64,000 nucleotides of DNA from Candidatus Fervidifonticultor sextus (lineage in GTDB: Bacteria > Sysuimicrobiota > Sysuimicrobiia > Sysuimicrobiales > Humicultoraceae). The notes beneath the pieces are model-generated. The model made no database searches. It was not told where the DNA came from and was given only the letters and a program-made list of their open reading frames with translations. Below, piece after piece: positions 9,282 through 18,857 of the stretch; the stretch's first letter is position 1, and the number at the start of each line of letters is the position of its first letter. The stretch spans positions 32,001 through 96,000 of the forward strand of contig JAVKHQ010000002.1 of NCBI GenBank assembly GCA_031459875.1, given 5' to 3'. The translations under genes were made by a program, and so were the position numbers.

Positions 9282-10405
9282 CACCCCTCCCCCGCCGCGG
9301 CCAGGTAGCCTTCGACCACGAGGTCTTCGCCCAGCGGCCGGACCTGCACGTCGCGCAGCTGGATCGCGCCGGCGACACCGTTCAGGCCGGGACCGTCCAG
9401 CGGCGTGGGCGCCTGCGCGCCGCCGAGCAGGCGCGGGGCGATCAGCGCGATGACCTTGTCCACCACGCCCGAGGCCAGCGCCGAGGCATTCACGGTCCCG
9501 CCGCCCTCGATGAGCACGCTGAGCAGCCCGCGGCGGCCCAACGTCTGCATCAGGGCGCGGAGGTCCACCGGCCCGCCGGTATGGTCCTGCACGAGCACCT
9601 CCACGCCGGCACGGCGCAAGGCCTCCACACGGTCTGCCGGCGCGGCGGCGGTGGTGGCGACCAATGTCGGCGCGTCGGCCACGCCGGTCACCACGCGGGC
9701 ACCCGGCGGCGTCCGCAGCCGGGAATCCACGACGATGCGCAGGGGGTTGCGGGGCGCCGGCTGGGCGTCCGCCGGGAGCCGGCACGTGAGCTGCGGGTCA
9801 TCGGCCAGCACCGTCTGGACCCCCACCAGCACTGCGTCGTAGCGGTTGCGCAGTTCGTGCGCGTAGCGACGGGCGGCTTCGCCGGTGATCGCGGTGGCGC
9901 TGCCCCGGCGCGCGGCGATCTTGCCGTCCAGACTCATCGCCCATTTGAGCGCGACGAACGGCACGCCGGTCCGCCGGTGTTTGACGTAGAACTCGTTGAC
10001 CCGCCGCGCCCGGGCTTCGAGGACGCCGACCGCCACGTCCACCCCGGCCTCCCGCAGCCGCGCGAGGCCCCGGCCGTTCACCCGGGGATCGGGATCGGCC
10101 ATGGCCGCGACCACCCGGCGGACGCCGGCGTTGATCAGCGCTTCGGTGCACGGGCCGGTCCTGCCGGCGTGGCAGCAGGGCTCGAGCGTGACGTAGAGGG
10201 TGGCACCGCGCGCCCGACCGCCGGCTTCGCGCAGCGCCACGACCTCGGCGTGCGCCGCCCCGGCCCGGGCGTGGAAGCCACGCCCCACGACCTGCCCGTC
10301 GGCGACGACCAGGGCGCCGACCAGCGGGTTGGGGCTGGTCCGCCCCGCCGCGCGTTGGGCGAGCGCGAGCGCTTCTTCCATCATCCTGGTGTCGTCTCCC
10401 GTCAT
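9281..10405 (-). CDS. ribD: Diaminohydroxyphosphoribosylaminopyrimidine deaminase/reductase
   Basis: PNPLVG, HAE, TLEPCCH..RTGPC, SLDGKIA, IEGGG. Confidence 0.97.
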   Translation of the reverse strand: MTGDDTRMMEEALALAQRAAGRTSPNPLVGALVVADGQVVGRGFHARAGAAHAEVVALREAGGRARGATLYVTLEPCCHAGRTGPCTEALINAGVRRVVAAMADPDPRVNGRGLARLREAGVDVAVGVLEARARRVNEFYVKHRRTGVPFVALKWAMSLDGKIAARRGSATAITGEAARRYAHELRNRYDAVLVGVQTVLADDPQLTCRLPADAQPAPRNPLRIVVDSRLRTPPGARVVTGVADAPTLVATTAAAPADRVEALRRAGVEVLVQDHTGGPVDLRALMQTLGRRGLLSVLIEGGGTVNASALASGVVDKVIALIAPRLLGGAQAPTPLDGPGLNGVAGAIQLRDVQVRPLGEDLVVEGYLAAAGEG

Positions 10406-10550
10406 CCTGACCTGCGCTCAGCAAAACACGAACGCCCGGGATCCACAGACCTCCGGGCGCAACACACATCCGGAGCGGCATTCGGGCTGACCACCGCGGC
10501 ACCCATAAAGCCACCGCGGCCCGGCCACCCAAACCCGGACTCCACGTCCG

Positions 10551-10690
10551 ACCTTCTCCCATCCGGACTATACCGTCGGCCCCGGAGTTCCACCGGATCA
10601 GCCCCGCCGCACGCGCGCCGAGGGTCGCGGGCTATTACCGCCGATCGGGAATTGCCGGCACATCCGGCCGGCTCACCCTGCCCCGAAGGT
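10551..10690 (-). ncRNA. FMN riboswitch (RFN element)
   Basis: Minus strand: CTTCGGGGCAGGGTGA...AATTCCCGATCGGCGGTAA..AGCCCGCGA...GATCCGGTGGAACTCCGGGGCCGACGGTATAGTCCGGATGGGAGAAG, upstream of ribD. Confidence 0.95.
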
Positions 10691-10712
10691 CTGCTATTCG
10701 GTTGACAGGTGT

Positions 10713-10741
10713 AGTGTAGCATCAGAGGCAAAGAGCGGCAA
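10713..10741 (-). promoter_or_regulatory. Sigma-70-type promoter of rib operon (TTGCCG-17-TACACT)
   Basis: 17-nt spacer, extended TG, just upstream of FMN riboswitch. Confidence 0.65.
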
Positions 10742-10834
10742 GGCAGACGCGCCGGCCCCAACCCCGTGATCCGGAGCGGCGGCCGCCACCAGACCGGCAG
10801 GCAACCGGCCCATCCCCTGCGAATGTCTGGCTGA

Positions 10835-11515
10835 GTGAGCCGATACCAGCCGCCGCCGCGCAGCGCCTTTACACCCAGGGAACTCGCCATCATCGACGCC
10901 CACCGCACGCCCCGGCAGGTCCAGCACTTCCTCGACTACGGCCTCCGGTACAACCACCACCGCGTGGGGAAGTGCTTGCGCTCGTTCCGCCAGGTGCTGC
11001 GCGAGGGTGAGGTCATGTGCATGGAAGCCGCCCTGGTCGCGGCCGTGATCCTGGAGCAGCACGGCTATCCCCCCCTTGTCGTCAGCCTGGAGTCGCAGGA
11101 CGACCTGGATCACGTCCTCTTCGTCTTCCAGCACCGCGGCCGGTGGGGCGCGGTGGCCCGCTCGCGGGATGCAGGCCTGCACGGGCGGAAGCCCGTGTTC
11201 CGGACCATCCGGGACATGGTCTGGAGCTACTACGATCCCTACGTGGACTTCACCGGACGGCTCACCGGCTACGCGCTGGTCGACCTGCGCCAGGTGGGCG
11301 CCTACGACTGGCGGTTCAACGAGCGGAACATGTGGTGGCTCGAGCGCTACCTCATCGACTATCCCCACGTGCGCCTGCGCTCATCGGACCGGCGATACCG
11401 ACGGCTCCGGCAGCGATACGTCGAATTCCGGCGGCAGCATCCGGACGCGCCGGTGGTCTACTACCCCGGTCGGGAACGCTGGATGTCGGCCGGACCCACT
11501 CCGACCCGCGCCTAG
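10835..11515 (+). CDS. Hypothetical protein, possibly transglutaminase/papain-like fold
   Basis: CMEAAL...DHVLFVF...WGAVARSR pattern; coding-like codon use. Confidence 0.6.
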   Translation: MSRYQPPPRSAFTPRELAIIDAHRTPRQVQHFLDYGLRYNHHRVGKCLRSFRQVLREGEVMCMEAALVAAVILEQHGYPPLVVSLESQDDLDHVLFVFQHRGRWGAVARSRDAGLHGRKPVFRTIRDMVWSYYDPYVDFTGRLTGYALVDLRQVGAYDWRFNERNMWWLERYLIDYPHVRLRSSDRRYRRLRQRYVEFRRQHPDAPVVYYPGRERWMSAGPTPTRA

Positions 11516-11541
11516 GCAGGGCCGAGCCGAGCCGCCCGCCG

Positions 11542-12816
11542 CTAGCCGTGGACCGGTGCCCGAAGCGGCCGGGCCGAGCGCACCTGCGAGAGTTCCTGGA
11601 CGAGACCAACGACCAGCCTGGCCGCTTCCTCCAGATGGGCCGGCGTCACGTTGGCGGGCACGTCGGTCGGCTGATGGTAGTGGGGATCCACTCCCCGATG
11701 CAGGAAGACCGTACGGATGCCGTAGGACTCGAAACTCACGTGGTCGCTTCCGGCGGCCCGGAACCGGGACACGGGGATCCCCAGACGCTGGGCGACCCGC
11801 TCGGCGGCGCTGACGATCGCGTCGTCGCGACCCGGGGAGGTGCCGACCATGAGCCGCTGGCCCCACCCGACCATGTCGAGGTTGATCATGGCCACCACAC
11901 CCTGCCGGCGCTCCTCGGCGAACGCCCGCGAGCCGTAGAGGCCCAATTCCTCGGCGGCGAACAGGACGAACTGGACCGTGCGCGCGGTCGGCACGCCGGC
12001 CAGGACCCGGGCAGCCTCCAGCGTGGCGGCGACGCCGGACGCGTTGTCGTTGGCGCCGGGGGCGGCGGGGACCGAATCGTAGTGGCCGCCGACGACGATG
12101 GTCTCGTCGGGCCGCACCTCTCCGCGCTTGGTGGCGACGACATTGACCGTGGAACGGCTCTCGAAGACGGTGTCGGCGACCACGCGCAGGCGCACGCGCC
12201 CCTGCTGCGCGGCCTCTGCCAGGCGCCAGCCCTCGTCTTGCGAGATGGAGACCGCCGGGATCTCCGACCGCTGTCCCAGAGTCCCGGAGAGGATCCCGGG
12301 CTGATTGTTGTAGATGACGACGGCGAGCGCCCCGCGCGCGGCGGCATTGGCCGCCTTCTCGCGGAAGGTGATGCTCCCGCGCTCAACGAGCGCCACCACG
12401 CCGCGCACCGGTTTTCCCTCGAAGTCGGCGGGCCGGCCCAGGCCGGCCACCACCACATCGGCTTCGATCCCGCCCGGCGGCGTTGATGCCGAGAAGAAGA
12501 GCGCCTGCGCGGCGATCGTCCGGGCCGAGGGGCCCAGCTGCACCACCTCGACGCGTCGGGCCTCGAAGAACGGGAACTGGAAGGTGTGGAACTCAACGGG
12601 ATACCCGTATTGACGGAGTTGCGTGGCCAGATAGTCGGCGGCCTGCCGCTCCGATGGCGTCCCGGCCGCGCGCGGCCCGATGACGCCGGCCAGGTGCTGG
12701 ACGTGCGCGAAGGCCGCATCGCCAGATGGCGCAGGCTGCGCCACCACCGCCGGCCCGAGCAGGGCCAGCGCGGCCATCACTGCCAGTGGAATTGACCCTG
12801 CCCGGCGCATTCGCAT
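11542..12816 (-). CDS. Secreted M28 family aminopeptidase with PA domain
   Basis: Signal peptide, ALVERG..F.EKA PA domain, GGHYDS, GANDNASG, AEELGL, NLDMVG, SDH, YHQPTD. Confidence 0.93.
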   Translation of the reverse strand: MRMRRAGSIPLAVMAALALLGPAVVAQPAPSGDAAFAHVQHLAGVIGPRAAGTPSERQAADYLATQLRQYGYPVEFHTFQFPFFEARRVEVVQLGPSARTIAAQALFFSASTPPGGIEADVVVAGLGRPADFEGKPVRGVVALVERGSITFREKAANAAARGALAVVIYNNQPGILSGTLGQRSEIPAVSISQDEGWRLAEAAQQGRVRLRVVADTVFESRSTVNVVATKRGEVRPDETIVVGGHYDSVPAAPGANDNASGVAATLEAARVLAGVPTARTVQFVLFAAEELGLYGSRAFAEERRQGVVAMINLDMVGWGQRLMVGTSPGRDDAIVSAAERVAQRLGIPVSRFRAAGSDHVSFESYGIRTVFLHRGVDPHYHQPTDVPANVTPAHLEEAARLVVGLVQELSQVRSARPLRAPVHG

Positions 12817-12879
12817 GCCGCCACCCCCCGGAACGTGTACAGGATAACGACGCACCCGGCGCGTTTGTTTCCTGCCTGC

Positions 12880-13353
12880 CTACTGCGGCCGGGCCAGGTC
12901 GGCGCTTTGGCCTCCGGTCGCGCGGACCAGATCCTCCGGCGCAACGGCGAAGATCGCGGTCGGCGTGCCCGCCGCGGCGTAGACGACCTCGTACTGCAGG
13001 AGATCCTCGTCGATGAGCGTCTCCATCGGTGTCGCATGTCCCACCGGCGGGACCCCGCCGATGGCGAACCCGGTGGCCTCGCGCACGTAGTCGGCATCGG
13101 CGCGCTGGACGTGGACGGCCCCGAGGGCACGCGCCAGTTTCGTCGGATCGACCTGGTTCTTCCCCGAGGCCAGCACCAGGACCGGCCGGCCGTCGGCGAT
13201 GAACACCAGCGACTTCACGATCTGCCCCAGGGTGGTTCCGATGGCCCTGGCCGCATCCTGCGCCGTGCGCGTCCCCTGGGGGAACTCGAGGATCTCGACG
13301 GACACCCCCGCGGCCTCCAGCGCCTGGCGCACGCGGTCGGTGGCCGACGGCAC
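12880..13353 (-). CDS. YbaK/EbsC aminoacyl-tRNA deacylase family
   Basis: QIVKSLVF, TGFAIGGVPPVGH, AAAGTP. Confidence 0.92.
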   Translation of the reverse strand: MPSATDRVRQALEAAGVSVEILEFPQGTRTAQDAARAIGTTLGQIVKSLVFIADGRPVLVLASGKNQVDPTKLARALGAVHVQRADADYVREATGFAIGGVPPVGHATPMETLIDEDLLQYEVVYAAAGTPTAIFAVAPEDLVRATGGQSADLARPQ

Positions 13354-13359
13354 GGGCGC

Positions 13360-14154
13360 CTACGGCCGCCGGGCGGGAAACCGGCCGGCCAGCGCGGCCT
13401 GGACGATGGCCTTGACCTCTGGGTGGAAATCCTTCCGGAGGACCCACTGCAGGAAGCCGCGATCTCGCTCCGCGACCTCGCGCAGCCGCCGGCCGCGGAT
13501 GCCCTCCGGTCCGAAGGCAAAGACGGCTTCTCCACCCTCCCAGAGGAACTTGCCTGTGGCATCCACGGCGTCGGGATCGCGCGGCTTCGGGGTGAAAAAC
13601 TCGGCCAGTTCCTGCGGGGTCCGCGGGAGGTCGGGGTAGGTGGCCAGCTGCGCGTCCAGGACCTCCAATGACGCCTCCACGTCGGCCCTGGCACTGTGGG
13701 GCTCGGCCAGATCCTTCCCGCAGTAATACCTGTAGGCGGCCGTCAGGTCACGGGGCACCTTGCGGTGGTAGATCACCTGGGCGTCTACGACCGCGCGGCC
13801 GGTCATGTCCAGGCGCAGCCCCGCCAGCGCCAGTTCGCGGTGGAGGATCGGCAGGTCGAACCGATGGATGTTGAATCCGGCCAGGTCCGCATCGCCGATG
13901 AAGGCCAGCAGGTCGCGCGCGATCTCCGGAAACCGCGGCGCGTCCGCCACGTCGGCGTCGGTGATCCCGTGGAAACGCGTGGATTCCGGCGGGATCGGCA
14001 CCCCGGGGTGGACCCGGCGCGTCAGCGTGTCGCGGCGGCCGTCGGGATGGACCTTGATGAGCGAGATCTCCACCACGCGGTCACTCGCGGGGTTGACGCC
14101 GGTGGTCTCCACGTCGAGGAAGACGATGGGGCGCTGGAGCCGCAGGGTGCGCAC
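13360..14154 (-). CDS. DEDDh 3'-5' exonuclease (DNA Pol III epsilon-like)
   Basis: LDVETTG, GFNIHRFD, HSARADV. Confidence 0.9.
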   Translation of the reverse strand: MRTLRLQRPIVFLDVETTGVNPASDRVVEISLIKVHPDGRRDTLTRRVHPGVPIPPESTRFHGITDADVADAPRFPEIARDLLAFIGDADLAGFNIHRFDLPILHRELALAGLRLDMTGRAVVDAQVIYHRKVPRDLTAAYRYYCGKDLAEPHSARADVEASLEVLDAQLATYPDLPRTPQELAEFFTPKPRDPDAVDATGKFLWEGGEAVFAFGPEGIRGRRLREVAERDRGFLQWVLRKDFHPEVKAIVQAALAGRFPARRP

Positions 14155-14191
14155 AGCATGTGGGGTTCGCGTGGCGGAGGCCGGGCTCCTA

Positions 14192-15271
14192 CTAGAAGTG
14201 CGCGATGAGCCGGTGGAGGTAGCCCAACCCCGCGCTCTGGAGCAGCACGACGGCGCCGGCGACGGCGGCCAGCCGGAGCAGGCGCCGCGCGCGGATCGAC
14301 TCCGCCCTCGCCTGCGATCCGGATCCAGCCCCTCCTGCGATGGCCGGGAGCCGGCGCGCCGCCACCGTCAGACCGGTCAGGCACGTCAGCAACGCCAGGA
14401 CGACCCCGTGCTTGGCAAACAGCAGCATGCCGTAGCCCGCCCCGAACGGGACGCGTCCGAACTGCGCCAGGCGGCGCTGCAGGCTGCCGGATCGCCAGTC
14501 CACCTCGACGGGCATGTTGTAGAGCGAGTTGTACACCCCCGTGGCCGCCAGTAGCGCCACCGCGATCCAGGAGACGGCGACGAGCCGGCGCAGTGCGGAG
14601 GCGGCGGGAGGCTGTCCCGCGCCCCCCGTCGCGCGCAGCGCGGGCCACACGAACCCTGCGATCAGGAGCCCGCTCACCCACACCGCGCCGACCATCAGGT
14701 GCACCGTCAGCACCCCCAGGTTGACCCACTCGCGGCCGCCCAGGCGCACCCCGGCGGCCGTCGCGATGACCTGGAGCGTCTCGCGCCGGCCTGCGCCGGC
14801 CTGCCCGGTCACGTGCACCTCGAGGGTCTTGCGCACCGGGACGACGGGGCCGCTGACTTCAACGTCCAGCGTCCAGCGCGCCGGATGCAGGAATGTTACC
14901 GCGCCGGCATACAGTCCTGGGACGTACGGCGATTCCTCGAACGTCAGCGTGGGCAGGATCATCCGGTGGGGTTCGGCCATGCTCGGCGTCACCCGCACCG
15001 TGGCGTGGCGGATGGGCTCGCGGCTGTCCTGATCCAGGAGGCGCACGGACACCAACCAGGTGATCTGTTCTGTCGGCTGCGTCAGGACGCGGACCTCAGG
15101 GACCGGCCGGCCGAAGCGGTGCGCCAGCGCGGGAGCGCCGGCGAGGAGGCCGCCTGCCAGCGCGACCGCCAGGCCACCGGCCAGAGCCGCCAGCAGCCTT
15201 CCGGTCAGCCAGCGGTCGCGGCGGACGCCTACGGACTCCAGATGCGAGTCCCGGGCCGGTAGGACGCCCAC
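14192..15271 (-). CDS. Membrane protein with N-terminal YtkA/FixH-like Ig domain and C-terminal CopD-like TM region (start uncertain)
   Basis: Signal/anchor, SMAEPH..PGLY.G...W; HLMVGAVWVSG, ATGVYN, YGMLLFAKH resemble CopD. Confidence 0.55.
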   Translation of the reverse strand: MGVLPARDSHLESVGVRRDRWLTGRLLAALAGGLAVALAGGLLAGAPALAHRFGRPVPEVRVLTQPTEQITWLVSVRLLDQDSREPIRHATVRVTPSMAEPHRMILPTLTFEESPYVPGLYAGAVTFLHPARWTLDVEVSGPVVPVRKTLEVHVTGQAGAGRRETLQVIATAAGVRLGGREWVNLGVLTVHLMVGAVWVSGLLIAGFVWPALRATGGAGQPPAASALRRLVAVSWIAVALLAATGVYNSLYNMPVEVDWRSGSLQRRLAQFGRVPFGAGYGMLLFAKHGVVLALLTCLTGLTVAARRLPAIAGGAGSGSQARAESIRARRLLRLAAVAGAVVLLQSAGLGYLHRLIAHF

Positions 15272-16365
15272 GAGAACCAGAAGTGGGTGCCGTGCACGAT
15301 GGGTTGGAGCCGGCGGCCCGACAGCCGTCCGGCGGTCGCCTGACCCAGGATGTTCCAGGTGCTCTTCGTCTGGTCATCGGCGAACTGCACGCCGCGCGCT
15401 GTGAAGGTCAACGTCCTCCCCTCGATCACCGGCGAGAAGACGCCGGCGGCCCCGACGTCCCGTCCGGAGGCCAGGTCGGACGTGTCGAGGGCCGAGGCCG
15501 TCCCCTTCTGGAAGAAGACGACGATGGGCACCCCGCCGACGGTGTCGTGGACGATGCCCACCCGTTCCAGCCGGCTGAACGGATAGGCCACATCCTCACC
15601 CTTGATGGACACCGTCACCACGCGCTCCATCGGCCGCAGCCGGGGATCGCGCTCCCCGGTGTAGAGGAACGGTGACGAGTTGATGTTGTCGTACCCCACG
15701 TACGGGTTGCGGCCGTAGGGGCGGTTGTGCCCGGTCTCCCGTGAGAGCACCTTGCCGCCGGGCCGGGCCCCGCGAAACGCCGCCCACGAGACGATCTGCG
15801 AGGGGAGGAAGGTGAGGCGCTTCCCGGTCAGGTCCCCGACGATGGCCTCCCCCGAGACCTGCCACCACCATGACTCCGTCTGCCGGTCGTACATCACCAG
15901 CGCGCTCCTGTAGAGCCGCCCGGTCGTGCCGAAGTCGTACTCCTGCCCCTCGAGCCGCCGGGCGAAGGTGATCGAGGTGTTGCACAGCGGGCAGAAGGTC
16001 ACCGCAGCCGGCACCCCGCCGACGGTGTCGTTGACGATCTCGTGCCAGATGAGGATCTGGAGCGGGTACGCCCGGGCGTCGGTTCCCTGCTCGAAGAAGA
16101 CGACCGGCTCAGCCGGTTTCAACCACCTGTCGCCCTCGGCCACGGTCTGGAACTTCGGCCGGTCGATGGCGGGGATGCCGTCCTTGGGCGGGCCGCCGGA
16201 GCGGATCTCGCCCGGGGGGACGCTGAACTTCTTGAAATTGGTCTTCCATTCGGTGGGATCGAAGACCCCCTGCGCCCGTGCGATCCCGCCGGGCCCGGGC
16301 ACGACGAGTCCGGCACCCAGCGCGATCACGCCGACAAGCACGACCCCCGATACGCGACCCCGCAT
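15229..16365 (-). CDS. DUF3179 domain secreted protein
   Basis: SGGPPKDGIPAID, AYPLQILIWHEIVND, TFCPLC, YDRQTESWW, HFWFSW. Confidence 0.9.
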   Translation of the reverse strand: MRGRVSGVVLVGVIALGAGLVVPGPGGIARAQGVFDPTEWKTNFKKFSVPPGEIRSGGPPKDGIPAIDRPKFQTVAEGDRWLKPAEPVVFFEQGTDARAYPLQILIWHEIVNDTVGGVPAAVTFCPLCNTSITFARRLEGQEYDFGTTGRLYRSALVMYDRQTESWWWQVSGEAIVGDLTGKRLTFLPSQIVSWAAFRGARPGGKVLSRETGHNRPYGRNPYVGYDNINSSPFLYTGERDPRLRPMERVVTVSIKGEDVAYPFSRLERVGIVHDTVGGVPIVVFFQKGTASALDTSDLASGRDVGAAGVFSPVIEGRTLTFTARGVQFADDQTKSTWNILGQATAGRLSGRRLQPIVHGTHFWFSWASYRPGTRIWSP

Positions 16366-16441
16366 GGCGTCGCCTCCCGCTGCGCAGATCATCCACCCGC
16401 AGGCCCTTTCGACTAGTGTCGGCGCCCGTCCCCCGGCCTTC

Positions 16442-16457
16442 TGTAGTCCCGCTCACA
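16442..16457. promoter_or_regulatory. Putative Crp/Fnr-family binding site TGTAG-N6-TCACA
   Basis: Near-consensus TGTGA-N6-TCACA between divergent genes; Crp gene 1.2 kb away. Confidence 0.45.
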
Positions 16458-16545
16458 TCTCCCTGTAAGCGGCATTACAGCACGGAGCGGCCGGGCGTCT
16501 ATCGTTAGGTCTTGTAGCCACTCACCTCAAAAGGAGGGTCAGCCC

Positions 16546-17082
16546 ATGCACATGTCGCGCAGGACTCTCGAGGGCCTCGCGGGAGTCGTCGTCCTGACCG
16601 TGCTTGCGTTTGCCGGGGGGTATCACGTCGCGGCTCAGGGTCGGCTGTCGGACACCTTTGCCGCCTCGTTTGGGCGTCAACTCGCCCAGCAGATGTCCTA
16701 CAAGAGCCCGTTCGAAACCGATGCGCCCGACCACGTCTGGGCCCTGGGAGACGACCAGAGCGTCACGTTCATCCACTTCGACAGGCCCTTCGCCGACGCC
16801 ACCCGGGTCATCTACGTGGGGTTCGGGGTGAAGGGCCGCTGGTGTGCCGAAGACCAGGCGGCGCTTGAGAAGATCGCCGGCAAGGGGTTCACACACTTCC
16901 ACCGGACCGCCAAAGTGGCGACCTGGGACGCCGGCCACGGCGGCGCCAGGGCCGGCGAGCCCGGCTACTGGCTGAAGCACATGGCCGTGGGTCCGGGGTT
17001 CAAGATGCCGTGGGGCGAGGTCAGGCCCGGCGCGACCGACACGGCGTTCATGCCCACGACGGCGCCCAGGTGCGGGTCGTAG
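16546..17082 (+). CDS. Exported hypothetical protein, His-rich (possible metal binding)
   Basis: AAGGAGG SD, N-terminal TM, PDHVW, FIHFD, FTHFH, WLKHM. Confidence 0.7.
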   Translation: MHMSRRTLEGLAGVVVLTVLAFAGGYHVAAQGRLSDTFAASFGRQLAQQMSYKSPFETDAPDHVWALGDDQSVTFIHFDRPFADATRVIYVGFGVKGRWCAEDQAALEKIAGKGFTHFHRTAKVATWDAGHGGARAGEPGYWLKHMAVGPGFKMPWGEVRPGATDTAFMPTTAPRCGS

Positions 17083-17087
17083 GGAGT

Positions 17088-17540
17088 TTGCCGTACCAGC
17101 GCGCGCGGGGGGCGGCGGAGCGGGCTGCCCCCCTGGTGGCCCTGGTGCTGGCCGTCCTCCTGGCCGCCGTCGGCTGCAGCCGCGGGTCCGGCCCGGGCCC
17201 GCAGGCTGGCACCCCCCAGGTGCGCGGCGACCCAGAGCGCGGCGAGCAGTTGTTTGGCGAGAAGGGGTGTATCGGCTGTCATACCGTCGGTGGCGTCGGA
17301 GGCCAGGTCGGCCCCAACCTGACCGAGGTCGGGCGCCGCGACCTGGCGCGCGAGCGGCCCGGCCGGACCTGGCCGGACGTCTCCGCCTACATCCGGGAGT
17401 CCATCAAAGATCCCCAGGCCTACATCGTGCCGGGGTTTCCCAACCCCTCGCCGATGCCGAGCGCCGAGGTGTTCTTCCTCTCGGAGCGAGACATTGACGA
17501 CCTCGTCGCCTATCTGGTCAGCGTCTCGAGGACGAAGTAG
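17088..17540 (+). CDS. Monoheme cytochrome c lipoprotein
   Basis: Lipobox AVGC, CIGCH, GPNLT, YIRESIKDP, MP axial Met. Confidence 0.85.
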   Translation: MPYQRARGAAERAAPLVALVLAVLLAAVGCSRGSGPGPQAGTPQVRGDPERGEQLFGEKGCIGCHTVGGVGGQVGPNLTEVGRRDLARERPGRTWPDVSAYIRESIKDPQAYIVPGFPNPSPMPSAEVFFLSERDIDDLVAYLVSVSRTK

Positions 17541-17605
17541 CCGTCTGGGGGCTCGACAGGGCGCAGCACGGGGGATGGCGGCGCCCCGCACGGTCGGTGC
17601 GTTGG

Positions 17606-18292
17606 CTACTCCGCCCGGACCCGCAGCCGATCCAGGTCCAAGACGACGATGTGCCGGTCTTCGACCGCAATCAGCCCCTCGTCACGGAACCGGGCGAGGA
17701 CATTGGTCACGGTCTCGCGCGTCGCCCCGATCATGCTGGCCAGGTCCTGATGGGTCACGCGCAGCGCCAGCCGGCGGCCCTGCCCGTGGGATTCGCCGTA
17801 GGCCTCCGCGAGTCGGACCAGCAGTGTCGCCAGGCGCTCGGGCACATCGCGGAAGGACAGGTTCTCGATCGCCTCCTCGGCCCTGCGCAGCCGTTCGGCC
17901 AGCACCTTCATCACCCGCAACGCCAGCTCGGGCTTGGAGCGGACCAGGTCTTCGAAGTCCTGCCGGCGCAGGACGCAGAGCAGCGTGTCCTCGAAGGCCT
18001 CGCAGTGGACCTCGGCCTGCGCGCCCACCAGCGCCCGCTCGCCAAAGATGTCACCCCGCTCGGGAGGGTCATCCGGGCGGGCGATGACCTTGCCGCGCTC
18101 GTAGCGGCGCATCTGCGTGCGCTGGGCGAGCCGGCGCATGTCCGCCTCGGTCAAATCGGCGAAGATGTTGATGTGCTGCAGGTACCAGAGTTTCTCGTTC
18201 TCGGTGGGAAGCGCGCGGGCGGCTTCGGCCGAACCGCCGGCACGAGGACCAGTCCGGCGGCGCCAGCGTTCCCCCAGCCAGGAAGCAGGCAT
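17606..18292 (-). CDS. Crp/Fnr family regulator, apparently with in-frame deletion in cNMP-binding domain
   Basis: GDIFGE, THQDLASMIGATRETVT HTH; GxV(K/R) beta-strands absent between PDDPPE and RGDIFGE. Confidence 0.8.
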   Translation of the reverse strand: MPASWLGERWRRRTGPRAGGSAEAARALPTENEKLWYLQHINIFADLTEADMRRLAQRTQMRRYERGKVIARPDDPPERGDIFGERALVGAQAEVHCEAFEDTLLCVLRRQDFEDLVRSKPELALRVMKVLAERLRRAEEAIENLSFRDVPERLATLLVRLAEAYGESHGQGRRLALRVTHQDLASMIGATRETVTNVLARFRDEGLIAVEDRHIVVLDLDRLRVRAE

Positions 18293-18371
18293 CGAGGGCA
18301 CCTCTTGCACCAGCGGGTCTGCCCGAAGCATACCACACCGGCAGGGAGGGGCAACACAATCACGCATGGCC

Positions 18372-18823
18372 TCAGCGGAAATCTTTTCCTGGGAGGATCC
18401 GTTCTTCGGTCTCCATAATGGCTTCATTGGTCAAGAATCCGGCTTCCTTGAGCCCGGGAATACTGGGAATCACAGGGGCGACGCCGGAAGCCACGATCAC
18501 CTTGTTTGCTTCGACTTCACGGCCTCCCACTTCCAGCCGATTTGGCCCAAGAAAGCGCGCCCGGCCTCTGATCAGGTCGATTCGGGGATTCCGCTGCAAA
18601 CTCCGCTCAACGCCTGAGAAGACAGTGGAGATGACCGCATCCTTGCGGGCCCGAATGCGGGGCCAGTCCACCGCGATCCCCAACGCGCGGAACCCGAACT
18701 CCCCGCCCCGAAGCGCGGTGTGGATCGCCTTACCTGGGCGCCCGTGTCGGCGGCCCGGTTCGCGGCGCCGAGCCCGCCCATGCCTGCCCCGATAACGGCA
18801 AGGGCCGACTGCGCCAGGCGCAT
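18372..18823 (-). pseudogene. Truncated, frameshifted pyridine nucleotide-disulfide oxidoreductase (MerA/Lpd-like)
   Basis: VIGAGMGG in one frame, VDW..RKD..GRARF..VIVASG..PSIPGL in another; redox CxxxxC and C-terminal two thirds missing. Confidence 0.75.
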
Positions 18824-18857
18824 CCCTCCACATTCTCGCCAGCGTTCGAAAGCCTCT

